Assembly: GCA_001805845.1 (NCBI GenBank)
Contig: MHHA01000024.1
Coordinates: 1-26,416 of the forward strand
DNA: 26,416 bases
Origin: Omnitrophica WOR_2 bacterium RIFCSPLOWO2_12_FULL_46_30
GTDB lineage: Bacteria; Omnitrophota; Gorgyraeia; Gygaellales; UBA12090
Direction: 5' to 3'
The position numbers and the translations under genes were made by a program. The notes beneath the pieces were generated by a model. That model made no database searches. It worked only from the letters and a program-made list of their open reading frames with translations, and was not told where the DNA came from. Numbering within the stretch: the stretch's first letter is position 1; each line of letters begins with the position of its first letter. Shown piece by piece: positions 17,473 through 25,797 of the stretch.

Positions 17473-19986
17473 ATGGATAAGCCTACCATTGATGCATTAT
17501 GGTTGTTAATAACAGCCGCCATGGTCTTTACCATGCAGGCAGGATTCGCCTGTTTGGAATCCGGCCTGAGCCGCGCCAAAAATACCATTAATGTAGCCAT
17601 AAAAAATCTGACTGATTTTGGCATCACTGCTCTGATATTCTGGGCGCTTGGTTTTGCCTTTATGTTTGGGGCAACCAAGGGCGGCCTGATCGGAAGCTCA
17701 GATTTTTTCTTCACCTTTAAGGATAGCGGTTTGCCTGCCGCCTTCTTCCTGTTTGAGCTGATGTTCTGCAGCACCTCAGCCACCATCATCTCGGGTGCGG
17801 TGGCAGAACGGATGCGCTTTCGGGCATACATTGCAGTAACCATAATTGTTTCCGCTTTAATCTATCCTGTGTTTGGCCATTGGGCCTGGAGCGGAATAGA
17901 TAAGAGGATATTGAGCGGCTGGTTAGGAAATTTAGGGTTTGTGGATTTTGCCGGCTCAACCGTAGTGCATAGCCTTGCCGGATGGGTGGCGCTTGCGGCC
18001 CTGCTCATTATGGGACCGCGCTCTGGGAGATTTCCTCCGAATCAATCTCCCAGAAAAATACAAGGCCACGATATTCCGGTTTCGGTCTTAGGAGTATTTT
18101 TACTCTGGTTTGGCTGGTTGGGATTTAACGGAGGCAGTACCTTAGAGTTAAATAATGCGGTCCCCCGCCTGCTCACCAATACCGTCCTGGCAGGAGCTTC
18201 CGGTATGCTCATTACTCTGGCATTGGGCTGGGTTCTCCAAAAAAGCCCAAGAGTAGATTTTGTGATTAACGGCTCGCTGGCAGGATGCGTGGCGATTACC
18301 GCGCCCTGCTATGTTGCTGACGCAAACTCCGCCATAGTTATCGGCGGCGTCGGCGGCATTGCGATGTTAGCCACTGATTGGCTGTTGGAGCGCCTGCGCA
18401 TTGACGATGCGGTGGGCGCAATTCCGGTGCACTTAGGCGCAGGTATATGGGGGACACTTTCCGTGGCCATATTCGGCGACGCAAAGCTCATAGCTACGGG
18501 CTTAAGCCGGCTGCAGCAATTAGCGGTTCAGACGTTAGGGGTGGCGGTATGTTTTATCTGGACCTTTGGAGTAAGCCTTATCCTTTTATGGATTCTTAAC
18601 CGCTTCCTTAGGCTGCGGGTTACGGCTGAGGAAGAATATGCCGGGCTAAATGTCTCTGAGCACGGGGCAACCACCGAACTGCTTGATTTTTTCAGAATAA
18701 TAGAGGACCAGGCAAGGACAGGCGACTTAAGCCAGAGGGCTCCTGTTGAACCATTCACCGAAGTGGGGCAGATTGCCGGGCGCTATAATAACCTGATGGA
18801 GAGCTTAGAGAATAAAAGCGAAGAATTAAAAATACTCTCAAATGCGGTTGAGCAGACTGCCGATTACGTTATTATCACCGATAAGGAAGGCACCATCAAA
18901 TATGTCAATGCATCTTTTGAGAAATTTACCGGCTATACAAAAGAGGAGGTAATCGGCAGGACGCCGCGGATCCTGAAATCAGGCAGGCACGATGAAATAT
19001 TTTACCGTATACTCTGGGAAACCATCCGCTCCGGTAAAATCTTCCGCGCCGAAATCATCAATAAGAAGAAAAACGGGGACCTCTATTATGAAGAAAAAAC
19101 CATTACGCCGATTAAAGATAGCGCCGGCAGAATTACCTATTTTGTTTCTACTGCCAAAGACATCAGCGAGCGTAAGCGGATGGAAGAAGAGCGCAGTCAG
19201 ATTCAGGAAGAATTAAAAAATGCCTACAGCAAGCTCAAAGAGACGCAGGGCCAGCTCATCCAGACCGCCAAGATGTCAACCCTGGGCCAGACCGCAGGCA
19301 GTATTGCCCATGAAATAAACAACCCTTTAACCGGCATCCTGAATAATGCCCAGTTAATGAAGATGCTTCTTGAGCAAAATAAGGAAGCTGTTCCTGATAA
19401 TTTTAGAGGACTGATAGAGACCATTGAAGAATCTGCTTTAAGATGCAAGAAGATAACCACGACTTTACTGGATTTTTCTCACGTCTCCCAGGGTTTCTTC
19501 GTGCCCACTTCGGTAAATGAAGCCATAGAAAAAGTAATTGCCCTGGTAGAATATGAAATTAAAATAGGCCGTTGCCTTATCCGGAAAGAACTCGCCAGCG
19601 ACCTGCCTAAAATCATGGGGGACTACCAGCTCCTTCAACAGGTGTTCCTTGATTTAATTTCCAATGCCAAATGGGCGATACTAAAAAAGCCGCAGAAGGA
19701 AAGCGGAGTAATTACCATAAGAACTCAATATACTCCGGAGAATAACAGAGTGAATATCTCTGTCTCTGATACAGGCGTAGGCATACCTCAAGAAAACCTC
19801 TCTAAGATTTTTGAGCCATTTTTTACCACCAAACCTGTGGGCGAGGGGACGGGCTTAGGCCTGGCTATTGTCCAGAACATCATTAAGGAGCACCGGGGCG
19901 CTATTACGGTAGATAGCCAGGTTGCCAGAGGCACGACTTTTAAAATTTCTTTTCCCGCATTATCCCACTCTTTTGAGGTTAAGTAA
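17473..19986 (+). CDS. amt: Ammonium transporter (Amt)-HAMP-like-PAS-histidine kinase fusion protein
   Basis: Amt signatures (ATIISGAVAER, DFAGSTVVH, WFGWLGFNGGS, DDAVGAIPVH, GLNVSEHG); linker GDLSQRAPVEPFTEVGQIA; PAS (ITDKEGTIKYVN...TGY...PRILKSG...DISERK); H-box SIAHEINNPL; N, G1 (DTGVGI), F (IFEPFFTTK) and G2 (GTGLGL) boxes. Confidence 0.93.
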   Translation: MDKPTIDALWLLITAAMVFTMQAGFACLESGLSRAKNTINVAIKNLTDFGITALIFWALGFAFMFGATKGGLIGSSDFFFTFKDSGLPAAFFLFELMFCSTSATIISGAVAERMRFRAYIAVTIIVSALIYPVFGHWAWSGIDKRILSGWLGNLGFVDFAGSTVVHSLAGWVALAALLIMGPRSGRFPPNQSPRKIQGHDIPVSVLGVFLLWFGWLGFNGGSTLELNNAVPRLLTNTVLAGASGMLITLALGWVLQKSPRVDFVINGSLAGCVAITAPCYVADANSAIVIGGVGGIAMLATDWLLERLRIDDAVGAIPVHLGAGIWGTLSVAIFGDAKLIATGLSRLQQLAVQTLGVAVCFIWTFGVSLILLWILNRFLRLRVTAEEEYAGLNVSEHGATTELLDFFRIIEDQARTGDLSQRAPVEPFTEVGQIAGRYNNLMESLENKSEELKILSNAVEQTADYVIITDKEGTIKYVNASFEKFTGYTKEEVIGRTPRILKSGRHDEIFYRILWETIRSGKIFRAEIINKKKNGDLYYEEKTITPIKDSAGRITYFVSTAKDISERKRMEEERSQIQEELKNAYSKLKETQGQLIQTAKMSTLGQTAGSIAHEINNPLTGILNNAQLMKMLLEQNKEAVPDNFRGLIETIEESALRCKKITTTLLDFSHVSQGFFVPTSVNEAIEKVIALVEYEIKIGRCLIRKELASDLPKIMGDYQLLQQVFLDLISNAKWAILKKPQKESGVITIRTQYTPENNRVNISVSDTGVGIPQENLSKIFEPFFTTKPVGEGTGLGLAIVQNIIKEHRGAITVDSQVARGTTFKISFPALSHSFEVK

Positions 19987-20883
19987 GCGCAGGGCATTGC
20001 GGCTGTCTTCTTTGAGCTGGATGGAGAGGAATGAAGGAGAGGGGAATTTCTTTTCGTCACGGAGCTTACGGATAAACTTAATCTCCATATCTTCTGCGTA
20101 AATATCCTTCCTGAAATTAAACAGATGCACCTCAATATTGAGCGGTTCCTCTTGAGAGTTGAAGGTAGGCCTTCTGCCGATATTGCAGATACCGTTATAT
20201 TCTTTTTCATTATATAAAACCTTTACCGCATAGACGCCCGGCTTTGGCAGGACTTCATGGTGGGGATCGATATTAGCTGTCCGATATCCCAAAATCCTGC
20301 CCCTGCTTTCGCCCTTTATCACGGTGCCTAAAACAGAGACCCTCCTTCCCAGCAATTCCTCGGCCTTCTTTAAGCTCCCGGCTCTAATTAAGCTGCGGAT
20401 ACGTTGGGAGCTTATCTTCTTTCTGCCGGCGCCTAATTCTCTTACCGGCCTTACCTGAAAACCGAGGAGCTTTCCCAAACGTTTTAACAATGCCACATCT
20501 CCCTGCGCTCTATAACCAAAACGAAAATTATCGCCTACAAAAACATAGAGCGGATGAAAGAATTTTACTAAGGTATCCCGGATAAAACTCTCAGGCGGGC
20601 TCTTCGCAAATTGTTGGCTAAAACGAATAACCAAGCAGGCGCTGACGCCAAGCTCTGCGATAACCTTGAGCCTGTGCGCGAGCGAGATAAGATAAGGCTG
20701 CCCTTTAGGATGAGGGTCAAAGGTGATGGCTACTGTTTTTTTATGCAGGGCCCTGGCAGCGCGGACAGCTCTTTCAATTAAATAACGGTGCCCTCTATGC
20801 ATACCGTCAAAGACACCAATCATGACGATGGTATCTTTAAATTTTTCCTTTAGATTAGATAGTCCGAATATCGTCTTCATCAA
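19960..20883 (-). CDS. ribF: Bifunctional riboflavin kinase/FAD synthetase
   Basis: GVFDGMHRGH, TFDPHP, VGDNFRFG, ISSQRIRSLI, GRILGYRTANI, NIGRRPTF, EVHL, LRDEKKF motifs. Confidence 0.96.
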   Translation of the reverse strand: MMKTIFGLSNLKEKFKDTIVMIGVFDGMHRGHRYLIERAVRAARALHKKTVAITFDPHPKGQPYLISLAHRLKVIAELGVSACLVIRFSQQFAKSPPESFIRDTLVKFFHPLYVFVGDNFRFGYRAQGDVALLKRLGKLLGFQVRPVRELGAGRKKISSQRIRSLIRAGSLKKAEELLGRRVSVLGTVIKGESRGRILGYRTANIDPHHEVLPKPGVYAVKVLYNEKEYNGICNIGRRPTFNSQEEPLNIEVHLFNFRKDIYAEDMEIKFIRKLRDEKKFPSPSFLSIQLKEDSRNALRLLNLKRVG

Positions 20884-21517
20884 AGCTGTCTATTTTCTTT
20901 GCATCCGAAACCGAATATGGACCGATTGCCGTGCGCCGTATCCAGATAATATGCCCTGCGGAATCAAGGCGCCTGGCAATTTCTTCACCCAGGCTTCGGA
21001 TGTAGGTGCCTTTGGAACACCTGATCTGGAACTCTATATCCGGCAAAGAAAACTTTAAGCATTTAAGCTGGTGGATATTGACCATCCGGGCTTTTCGTTC
21101 TATGGTGATTCCTTTACGGGCTAACACATACAGGGGCCTGCCTTTATGCTTTATGGCTGAAACCATCGGCGGGATATTCTCTATCTTTCCCTCCAGGGCT
21201 TTTAATACGGCGCTAACGCGCTCTTGGCTTATCTGTTGATAATCCGAAGTTGCGATGATTTTACCCTGCGCATCGCCGCTATCAGTTTGAGCGCCCAGCC
21301 GCAAGATTGCGATATATTCCTTATCAAAATTCACAAAGCGGCTAAAGCGCTTGGTGGCTTTATCCACTAAGATAATCAATAAACCGGTGGCGATGGGGTC
21401 AAGCGTTCCGGCATGCCCAATATGCCGGAGGTTGAATTTTTTTCGCACGATATCAACGACATCGTGGGAGGTAATGCCTTCTGGTTTATCAATAAGGAGT
21501 ATTCCGGATCGAACCAT
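20855..21517 (-). CDS. truB: tRNA pseudouridine(55) synthase, short form
   Basis: DKPEGITSHDVV, GHAGTLDPIATG, PPMVSAIKHKGRPLY, CSKGTYIRSL motifs. Confidence 0.95.
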   Translation of the reverse strand: MVRSGILLIDKPEGITSHDVVDIVRKKFNLRHIGHAGTLDPIATGLLIILVDKATKRFSRFVNFDKEYIAILRLGAQTDSGDAQGKIIATSDYQQISQERVSAVLKALEGKIENIPPMVSAIKHKGRPLYVLARKGITIERKARMVNIHQLKCLKFSLPDIEFQIRCSKGTYIRSLGEEIARRLDSAGHIIWIRRTAIGPYSVSDAKKIDSFDEDDIRTI

Positions 21518-22500
21518 TAGCGTTGCGAGAAGCTATGCATCAATTTCTTTGCGTATTGAATAACCTTTTCTTTAACTTCTGCTAAGCCGCCGGCGACTGT
21601 CGCGCCGCTTGCATTTTTATGGCCGCCGCCGCCGAAGCAAGATGCCAGCCGGTTGCAGTCAAATGCGGTCTGGGAACGAAAATTTATGCGCACCTGGTTT
21701 TTCTTACTCAGCGCCTCTTTAAAAACCATGCTCAATTCAACCCCCTTGATTGAACGCAAAAGCCCCAGGACCGACTCAGCCATATCAGCCTTGATGAGCT
21801 TTTGTTTTTGGCGCTCGCGGGGAATCTGGGCCCAGGCAATCCTGCCTGCGGCATCGCGCTCAACCGAAAGTAATATCCCGCCTAAGCATTTGATGTCATT
21901 AAATGAGCTATTCTCAAAAAGTTTATTATACACGCCTGAAACGGATATGCCTTTTTCAATCAGAGAAGCGGCTATACGGTGGGTTAACGCAGTAGTATTG
22001 CTATAATGAAAAGAGCCGGTATCAACGGTTATGCCCGCATAAAGCATAATCGCCGCCTCTTTATCTACGGGCACCTTCAGCGCCTGATAAAGCCGATAGA
22101 CCATCTCGCAGGCTGAAGACGCCTTAGGGTCAACCCAGTTCACGCTGGCAAACCTTGTATTTGACCTGTGGTGGTCTATGTTTAAGAGCGGCCTTCCTTT
22201 AGTTAATTCTGCTACTCTGGGTGAGCGCCGGCCTTCGGAGCAATCAAGGAATACGCCGCAGTCAAACTTCTTTCTTTTTGTTTTCCCTGATAATGGCTGT
22301 ATATACTCTGTCCCGGGCAGAAATTCGCATTCAACAGGCACTTTGCTTTCATTGATAACGAAACCGCTCTTTCCTAATTTTCTTAGCAGATGGAAGAATG
22401 CCAATTCCGCGCCGATACCGTCTGCCTCGGGATTTACGTGGGTGGTAATTAAAAAAACCTCATGTTTTTTTATCAATTCCTCTGTCTTTTTTAGACTCAT
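21517..22500 (-). CDS. nrnA: DHH/DHHA1 family phosphoesterase (NrnA-like oligoribonuclease/pAp phosphatase)
   Basis: HVNPEADGIG, IDHH, DTGSF, GGGGHKNASG. Start reassigned to ATG 22500 (AAGGA RBS upstream). Confidence 0.88.
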   Translation of the reverse strand: MSLKKTEELIKKHEVFLITTHVNPEADGIGAELAFFHLLRKLGKSGFVINESKVPVECEFLPGTEYIQPLSGKTKRKKFDCGVFLDCSEGRRSPRVAELTKGRPLLNIDHHRSNTRFASVNWVDPKASSACEMVYRLYQALKVPVDKEAAIMLYAGITVDTGSFHYSNTTALTHRIAASLIEKGISVSGVYNKLFENSSFNDIKCLGGILLSVERDAAGRIAWAQIPRERQKQKLIKADMAESVLGLLRSIKGVELSMVFKEALSKKNQVRINFRSQTAFDCNRLASCFGGGGHKNASGATVAGGLAEVKEKVIQYAKKLMHSFSQR

Positions 22501-22831
22501 CCTTAATCCTTTCAATTGCCTCGGCAATCTCAATGCTGTAATCAACCGATTTATCTAATTTAAAAACTAATTCGGGGGATAAGCGCAGCTTAAGCCGCTC
22601 GCTCAAAAGCCGCCGGATAAAACCCCGGGCCGACTCTAATCCTTCCATAGCCTTGTCTTTTTTATCCTCACTGCCCATAATGCTGCAATAAATCCTGGCT
22701 AACTGCAAATCCTTGGTTAGCTCAACGCGCATTACGGTAATAAAACCTAAGCGCGGATCCTTAAGCTCATTCGCAATGATATTGCCTGCCTCTTCTTTTA
22801 TTGCCTGCGCTACCCTTTCCACCCTGCTCAT
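22460..22831 (-). CDS. rbfA: 30S ribosome-binding factor A
   Basis: MSRVERVAQAIKEE, LKDPRLGFITV, DLQLARIY, ARGFIR, SPELVFKLDKS. Start reassigned to ATG 22831 (GGGGGA RBS); the ORF-track N-extension is read through a repeat. Confidence 0.94.
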   Translation of the reverse strand: MSRVERVAQAIKEEAGNIIANELKDPRLGFITVMRVELTKDLQLARIYCSIMGSEDKKDKAMEGLESARGFIRRLLSERLKLRLSPELVFKLDKSVDYSIEIAEAIERIKDESKKDRGIDKKT

Positions 22832-22844
22832 TTCATCCCCCTGG

Positions 22845-22910
22845 TTATGGCTGCGGCTATGGGAAGCCGCACCCTGCCTGCTCAGCAGGCAGGCATTGCC
22901 CTCTGGCTTA
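22845..22910. repeat. Second copy of the murE-type element, carrying a nested CCTGCCTGC-TCA-GCAGGCAGG hairpin, between cca and rbfA
   Basis: Shares TATGGCTGCGGCTA, GGAAGCCGCAC and GCCCTCTGGC with 13432-13473; bounded by TTA at 22845-22847 and 22908-22910; 9-bp perfect stem at 22873-22893. Confidence 0.85.
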
Positions 22911-24272
22911 TCTCTTTGCCAGAATGACATTCTGCAAATAGGACAGTTCTTCTTCTTTGGTATGGAACTTTTTATCTAATTTTGCATAGAGAAGTGTTTT
23001 AAGAATTTCTTTAAAATGAGGCCCGGGCTGGACGCCTAATGCTTTAAGCTCATGGCCGCTGGTAAAGATGCGGCTTCCGTTGTAAAGACGCAGGAAATCT
23101 ATGAGCTTATTCTTAATCCTTGCTTCATTGGTTTTCGCTAAGGCGAGAATGATAACTTCGTAACGAAGCGGCTCCAGAATCTTATAGATTGAACTTGGCG
23201 AAACGGCTCCTTTCAGTTTCAAGCTTATTCTCTGCGCATCGGATTTATAAGAGAGGACAATCTTAGATTCTGACTTATGGAAGGCAAACTCCATTAGGAC
23301 TTTCCGCAGCGTAAGGGAAGGCAGGCCTTCTAATAACACCGCTAAATAAAGCACCCAGAGCTCTAATCTACGCTTGTGCGGGAAGTTATTCTTAAACCAC
23401 ATATGAGTTTCATTTGCTTTCTTAAGCATGGCAAGCATTTTACTGCTCAGGCGCAGGCCCGGATGGATGAATTCAAAACCGCATAAAGCATAAACCCGCT
23501 TGATACAGCGAACTGTCTGCGGCTCTTTAAAAATCAAAATAAGCTCATCGCGCAGGCGATGCTTATGCACCTTCTGGAGCATCTTTAGGTTTACCGCCTC
23601 TTTCAGAAGCCGTAACGTTGTTTTCTCTAAGCTAAAATTAAAGCGCTGCTCAAAACGGATTATGCGCAAGAGCCGCGTGGGGTCATCAATAAAGCTCAAG
23701 GAGTGCAAAACTCTGATTCTTCTATTCCTGAGGTCCTCTCTGCTATCATAAAAATCTACTAATTGCCCAAAGGCGCCTTCTGAGATACTTACCGCCATCG
23801 CGTTAATGGAAAAATCCCGCCTTCCTAAATCATCCTTAATCGTTCCCGGGCTTACCCTGGGAAGAGCCGCCGGCTGCTCGTAGATTTCCTTTCGCGCGGT
23901 GGCTATATCGATTTTTGTGCCGATACTGAAAAATCTGCCGCCAGCCCCGCTTGACGGCTTTACAGCCGCGGCTTCCTGCGGAGCGGGGTGAGGATGCGTC
24001 TTATCTTTAATCACTATAGTCGCTGTTTGAAATCTTCTATGCTTGATAAAATCAGCTTTTAATCTATGGGAGAGCTCTTTGGCGAAATGTATGCCATCCC
24101 CTTCTATGACGATATCCAGATCAAAATCTTCAACTCCCAGGATAAGGTCTCTGACAAATCCTCCGACAATATATACGGGATAATTGAACTCCCCGGCAAG
24201 CGCTGCGATGAACTTTAAACGCGCCAGGATTTCTGATGAGCACGATTTTAGCTTCTCAGTTAAGTTTTCCAT
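22908..24272 (-). CDS. cca: Class II tRNA nucleotidyltransferase/poly(A) polymerase family (DDPTR type), with a 27-aa in-frame insertion
   Basis: YIVGGFVRDLILG, DLDIV, DIATARKEIY, DLGRRDFSINAMA, FIDDPTRLLR motifs. CCA- versus A-only-adding specificity cannot be decided from sequence alone. Confidence 0.85.
   Translation of the reverse strand: MENLTEKLKSCSSEILARLKFIAALAGEFNYPVYIVGGFVRDLILGVEDFDLDIVIEGDGIHFAKELSHRLKADFIKHRRFQTATIVIKDKTHPHPAPQEAAAVKPSSGAGGRFFSIGTKIDIATARKEIYEQPAALPRVSPGTIKDDLGRRDFSINAMAVSISEGAFGQLVDFYDSREDLRNRRIRVLHSLSFIDDPTRLLRIIRFEQRFNFSLEKTTLRLLKEAVNLKMLQKVHKHRLRDELILIFKEPQTVRCIKRVYALCGFEFIHPGLRLSSKMLAMLKKANETHMWFKNNFPHKRRLELWVLYLAVLLEGLPSLTLRKVLMEFAFHKSESKIVLSYKSDAQRISLKLKGAVSPSSIYKILEPLRYEVIILALAKTNEARIKNKLIDFLRLYNGSRIFTSGHELKALGVQPGPHFKEILKTLLYAKLDKKFHTKEEELSYLQNVILAKR
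23922..24002. repeat. 81-bp in-frame insertion in cca containing a CCCCGCT...AGCGGGG-bounded palindromic element
   Basis: IR at 23945-23951/23982-23988; inner hairpin CGGCT-TTAC-AGCCG; interrupts the expected ...IKD-G-TKIDIATAR segment. Confidence 0.75.
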
Positions 24273-24279
24273 TATTTAT

Positions 24280-24308
24280 ACGCGGATTATCCGTGCCTAT
24301 CCGTGTTA
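24280..24308. repeat. ATCCGTG-type 10-bp tandem plus inverted repeat filling the xerD-cca gap
   Basis: ATCCGTGCCT ATCCGTGTTA (24289-24308) preceded by the inverted copy ACGCGGAT (24280-24287). Confidence 0.6.
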
Positions 24309-25196
24309 AGGACGGGGATGATATGTCTTGTGTATCAATTTCAGCCTGTTTTTATCAATATGGGTATAGATTTGAGTCGTTGAAATATCCGCATGCCCTA
24401 ACATCTCCTGAACGCTTCTTAGGTCTGCTCCCCGGGATAAAAGATGCGTGGCAAAAGAATGGCGAAGCGTATGAGGCTTGAGCTCTTTTTTAAGCTGCGC
24501 CCTGCGGGCATAATATTTAACCAATTTCCAGAAGGACTGCCGGGATATCCGCTTACCGAGCCGGCTCAAGAATAAAATTGAATCATCGCTTGCATTTTTG
24601 GCCAATTTAGGGCGCGCCTTTTCTAAGTATCTCTTCACTGAAATAATCGCCTCCCTGCCCAAGGGGACAATTCTTTCTTTAGAGCCTTTTCCAATACAAC
24701 GTAAAAAACCCGCATCAAAATTAACATCCTGAACTTTTAGATTCACTGCTTCCGAAACCCTCAATCCGGTTGCGTAGAGTAACTCTAAAATTGCCCGGTC
24801 TCTTACCCCCCGCGTTTGATGGAGGTCGCAGGCGCGCAGCAAATCCTCCACCTCTTCAATTGAAAGGACATCGGGTATCTTCTTCCATAATTTAGGTGAT
24901 TCCAGAAGGACTGAGGGGTCTGTCTTAAGGATTCTTTCACGCAGCAAAAAGCGATAAAAGACCTTAATTGCCGCCAGATTCCTGGCAACAGAACTCGCTG
25001 ACAAGCCTTTGTCCTTAAGGGTAAACATAAAATCGCTGATGTTTTTTCTTGATGTTTCAGATAAAGAATCAATCCTACAATTTTTAAGGTAGCCGATATA
25101 TTTTCCCAGGTCCCTTTTATAGGAGATAATGGTATTCCTACTGAGCGACCTTTCCACCGCCAGATAATTTAAAAAACTTTCAACGAATTCTTGCAT
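24306..25196 (-). CDS. xerD: Site-specific tyrosine recombinase XerD
   Basis: LAVERSLSRNTIISYKRDL, LYATGLRVSE, GKGSKER, HTLRHSFATHL, QEMLGHADISTTQIYTH: complete catalytic set. Confidence 0.92.
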   Translation of the reverse strand: MQEFVESFLNYLAVERSLSRNTIISYKRDLGKYIGYLKNCRIDSLSETSRKNISDFMFTLKDKGLSASSVARNLAAIKVFYRFLLRERILKTDPSVLLESPKLWKKIPDVLSIEEVEDLLRACDLHQTRGVRDRAILELLYATGLRVSEAVNLKVQDVNFDAGFLRCIGKGSKERIVPLGREAIISVKRYLEKARPKLAKNASDDSILFLSRLGKRISRQSFWKLVKYYARRAQLKKELKPHTLRHSFATHLLSRGADLRSVQEMLGHADISTTQIYTHIDKNRLKLIHKTYHPRP

Positions 25197-25797
25197 AAGG
25201 ATTGCTCCTTTTCTCCTTGCCGATAGTCGAAGAAGGACCGTGGCCGGGGTAAATTACCGTCTCATCAGGCAGGACTAATAATTTATCTTGAATGGACTTC
25301 ATTAGCTGTTCATAGGATGCTCCCGGAAAATCAGTCCTGCCGATGCCGCCGGCAAAGAGCGTATCTCCGGTAAAAACAACCTGAGCGCTTCTTAAACATA
25401 TCCCGCCCGGGGTATGCCCCGGAGTATGGATAACCTCTAAAGACAAATCATCCAGCTCTATTATCTGAGAATCCTCTAATTGCCTGATATCAAGCTTCAC
25501 CTTAAAAGGAAGGCTTAAGAAATTAGAGAGATTTCTCTCGGGGTCTTTAAGCAGTTCAACATCCAAGCTATGCGCATATACCGGAAGATTGAATTCGTTG
25601 TCAGCCTGAATGTGGTCAATATGGCCGTGAGTGTGCACAATAAATTCGGGCTTGAGCTTATGTTTATCTAAGCAGGCCTTTATCCTGGGATATTCATCCC
25701 CGGGGTCAAGGAGGATGGCATTTTTAGTGGTTTTACTTGAGAGAATATAACAATTAACCTGCATCTGGCCTACTGCCAGCGTATCAATGCGCATCAT
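25180..25797 (-). CDS. MBL-fold metallo-hydrolase (glyoxalase II/YcbL-like)
   Basis: HTHGHIDH, HTPGHTPG, FTGDTLF, YPGHG motifs. Confidence 0.9.
   Translation of the reverse strand: MMRIDTLAVGQMQVNCYILSSKTTKNAILLDPGDEYPRIKACLDKHKLKPEFIVHTHGHIDHIQADNEFNLPVYAHSLDVELLKDPERNLSNFLSLPFKVKLDIRQLEDSQIIELDDLSLEVIHTPGHTPGGICLRSAQVVFTGDTLFAGGIGRTDFPGASYEQLMKSIQDKLLVLPDETVIYPGHGPSSTIGKEKRSNPYARIR

Noticed and set aside
19788-20210. 140-aa minus-strand ORF spanning the amt-kinase/ribF overlap
   Set aside because: Entirely covered by ribF (another frame) and the antisense of the kinase G2 box; no recognisable domain.
22832-22930. 33-aa N-terminal extension of RbfA in the ORF track
   Set aside because: It is read-through of the repeat element and overlaps the cca stop; a good RBS supports ATG 22831.
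24306-25196. xerD as an integrase marking a prophage or island
   Set aside because: It has a typical housekeeping XerD sequence, is coupled to core genes, and has no att sites or phage genes nearby.
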